Part shown: in pieces, positions 61,846 through 64,000 of the stretch | Numbering within the stretch: position 1 is the stretch's first letter | Layout: the number at the start of each line of letters is the position of its first letter | NCBI GenBank assembly: GCA_963699755.1 | Contig: CAVOVB010000006.1 | Coordinates: 89,081-153,080 of the forward strand | Source of the DNA: an uncultured delta proteobacterium | GTDB lineage: Bacteria; Myxococcota_A; Polyangia; Polyangiales; Houyiibacteriaceae | DNA length: 64,000 nt | Direction of reading: 5' to 3' | Made by a program: the position numbers and the translations under genes | Notes under the pieces: model-generated | The model's input: only the letters and a program-made list of their open reading frames with translations | The model's database searches: none | Told to the model about the DNA's origin: nothing

Positions 61846-61932
61846 CGAACGCTGGGCTTATCAGCGCCCCACTCAATAAGCAAAGGGTGAGGCAAAGCCC
61901 CGTGCGCGAAGCGAAGCGTCGGTTCCACGGGG

Positions 61933-61961
61933 TTGACACCCCTTGGGGTCAGGGTTAAGAC
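61933..61961 (+). promoter_or_regulatory. Sigma70 promoter of tRNA-Val
   Basis: TTGACA (61933-61938), 17 bp spacer, TAAGAC (61956-61961), then a GC-rich discriminator. Confidence 0.6.
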
Positions 61962-61992
61962 GCCGCTTCCACCGTCGGTGGACATGACGAAC

Positions 61993-63185
<1,193 letters not shown>

Positions 63186-63336
63186 TGCTTAAGTTCCTCC
63201 CAGAAGTACATGTTGGTGCCGCCGATCGTGACCTTGCTCACGCGCGGCCTTACGTGCCGGTCAAAGCTCTTCCGACTGAGACGCAGATATGCCCGAGCTT
63301 CGGCCGGGGTTGCAAGGGGAGACGTGAAAGTATCTG

Positions 63337-63486
63337 TCATGTTTCAGGTTGCGGAAGGCGTTCGGACCAACGGAGCGCGAAATCGGAGCGAAACCGTTCG
63401 CCGTTGCGACGCCGAGAGCGCCAGGACGTCGCTCGTGCCTTGAGCCCGCGAGGAGCCGTACGCTCCGAGCAACTCATTTGGCTCAC
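63337..63486 (-). CDS. Small basic ORF (49 aa) translationally coupled to xis
   Basis: SD AAGGAG (63501-63496), GTG 63486, and a TGA overlapping the xis ATG (ATGA). Confidence 0.4.
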   Translation of the reverse strand: MSQMSCSERTAPRGLKARATSWRSRRRNGERFRSDFALRWSERLPQPET

Positions 63487-63723
63487 GACCGATGTCTCCT
63501 TCCCACAACCCTATTATCGGTTTTGCCCCCCGAAATGTTGTCCTGCGGCTCGAAAAACCTAGTGAAGGCGCCAAAACGACAAAGGATATCGAGAATCGGC
63601 GCGTTGCGACTAGCCTCCCATGCGGACGGAGCAAGCCCAGGCGCACCCTGGTTGGAACGGACCGAAGGGCATGCGTGATCACGATGCTCCGAAATCCGCA
63701 TGCGACGGCGCGCGGGGGTTCGG

Positions 63724-63934
63724 GCAGGCCGTGTGCCGCACCATCTGCAACGGCATGCGGCACTCGAATCCGGCCCGGACCTGCCACACGGTGAAGCCGT
63801 TGCGGACCTGTCTGGAGGACGCCATCCGTTGCTTGCCGAGCGTGGCAAATATGTGGCAGCAAACCGTGATTGACTTGGCCAAAGCCAGCGAAAACTGCAC
63901 AACCCAGAGAGCAAAGAGGGCTGAAAATGCGTAG
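63724..63934 (+). pseudogene. Decayed C-terminal fragment of a second tyrosine integrase
   Basis: AGRVPHHLQR then, after a frameshift, MRHSNPART..LEDAIRCLPSVANMWQ, resembling integrase box II; catalytic Tyr absent. Confidence 0.5.
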
Positions 63935-63954
63935 CGCGAAGCGCAGCATCAGAT

Positions 63955-64000
63955 GCCTCTCACGCCGGTAACGCGAGTTCGAACCTCGCTGGGGTCACCA
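63955..64000 (+). other. 3' half of tRNA-Glu(CTC), att core-like fragment
   Basis: GC-CTCTCAC-GCCGG-TAAC-GCGAG-TTCGAAC-CTCGC-TGGGGTC-ACCA. Anticodon loop, T-arm, 3' acceptor strand and CCA are present; the D-arm and 5' acceptor strand are absent. Confidence 0.88.

Noticed and set aside
60265..61890. Long antisense or alternate-frame ORFs (also 462-1649, 10268-11791, 14656-15741, 19580-20608, 59113-60255)
   Set aside because: Shadow ORFs expected in GC-rich coding DNA; they overlap well-supported genes and carry no motifs.
61898..61932. Inverted repeat CCCCGTG/CACGGGG upstream of the tRNA promoter
   Set aside because: 7-bp GC-rich arms with a long loop; plausibly chance.
63344..63949. 201-aa minus-strand ORF and other overlapping ORFs in this stretch
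   Set aside because: No recognisable motifs; the region is better explained by a promoter, a small ORF and an integrase remnant.
63925..64000. Complete tRNA-Glu gene
   Set aside because: Sequence 5' of the anticodon loop cannot form the D-arm, the full anticodon stem or the GACCCC acceptor strand, so it is only a fragment.

Overview
GC-rich, very densely packed bacterial chromosome segment. Gene content points to Myxococcota, probably Polyangia/Sandaracinus-like (inference from the TIGR02266-type PilZ protein, zinc-ribbon Ser/Thr kinase, TPR proteins and Pro/Ala-rich linkers). Bases 1-61,900 are mostly core genes: cstA, dapA/dapB, pyrD, tyrA, queA-tgt, purH-purD-tsaC, purF, two RluA synthases, a B12 acyl-CoA mutase, RNase HI and an RNase HII-like gene, manA-GT2-deacetylase, rpoN-hpf-ptsN-hprK-rapZ-HPr-EI, plsB, rplM-rpsI, argC, a GT-C glycosyltransferase and an M23 peptidase. 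The last ~2 kb is the edge of an integrated element. It contains tRNA-Val(GAC), an intact tyrosine integrase whose ORF runs antisense into that tRNA (att inside int, as in phage Mx8), an overlapping Xis-like gene and a small coupled ORF. It ends with a decayed second integrase tail and a 3' half of tRNA-Glu(CTC), suggesting two integration modules back to back. Other notable signals are a pervasive leaderless-mRNA promoter signature, several apparent pseudoenzymes (PTS enzyme I, GGDEF, PilZ, Nudix, zincin, RNase HII-like), isobutyryl-CoA-mutase specificity residues, a perfect coding VNTR and a frameshifted lipoprotein. All calls come from reading motifs by eye; no database searches were run.
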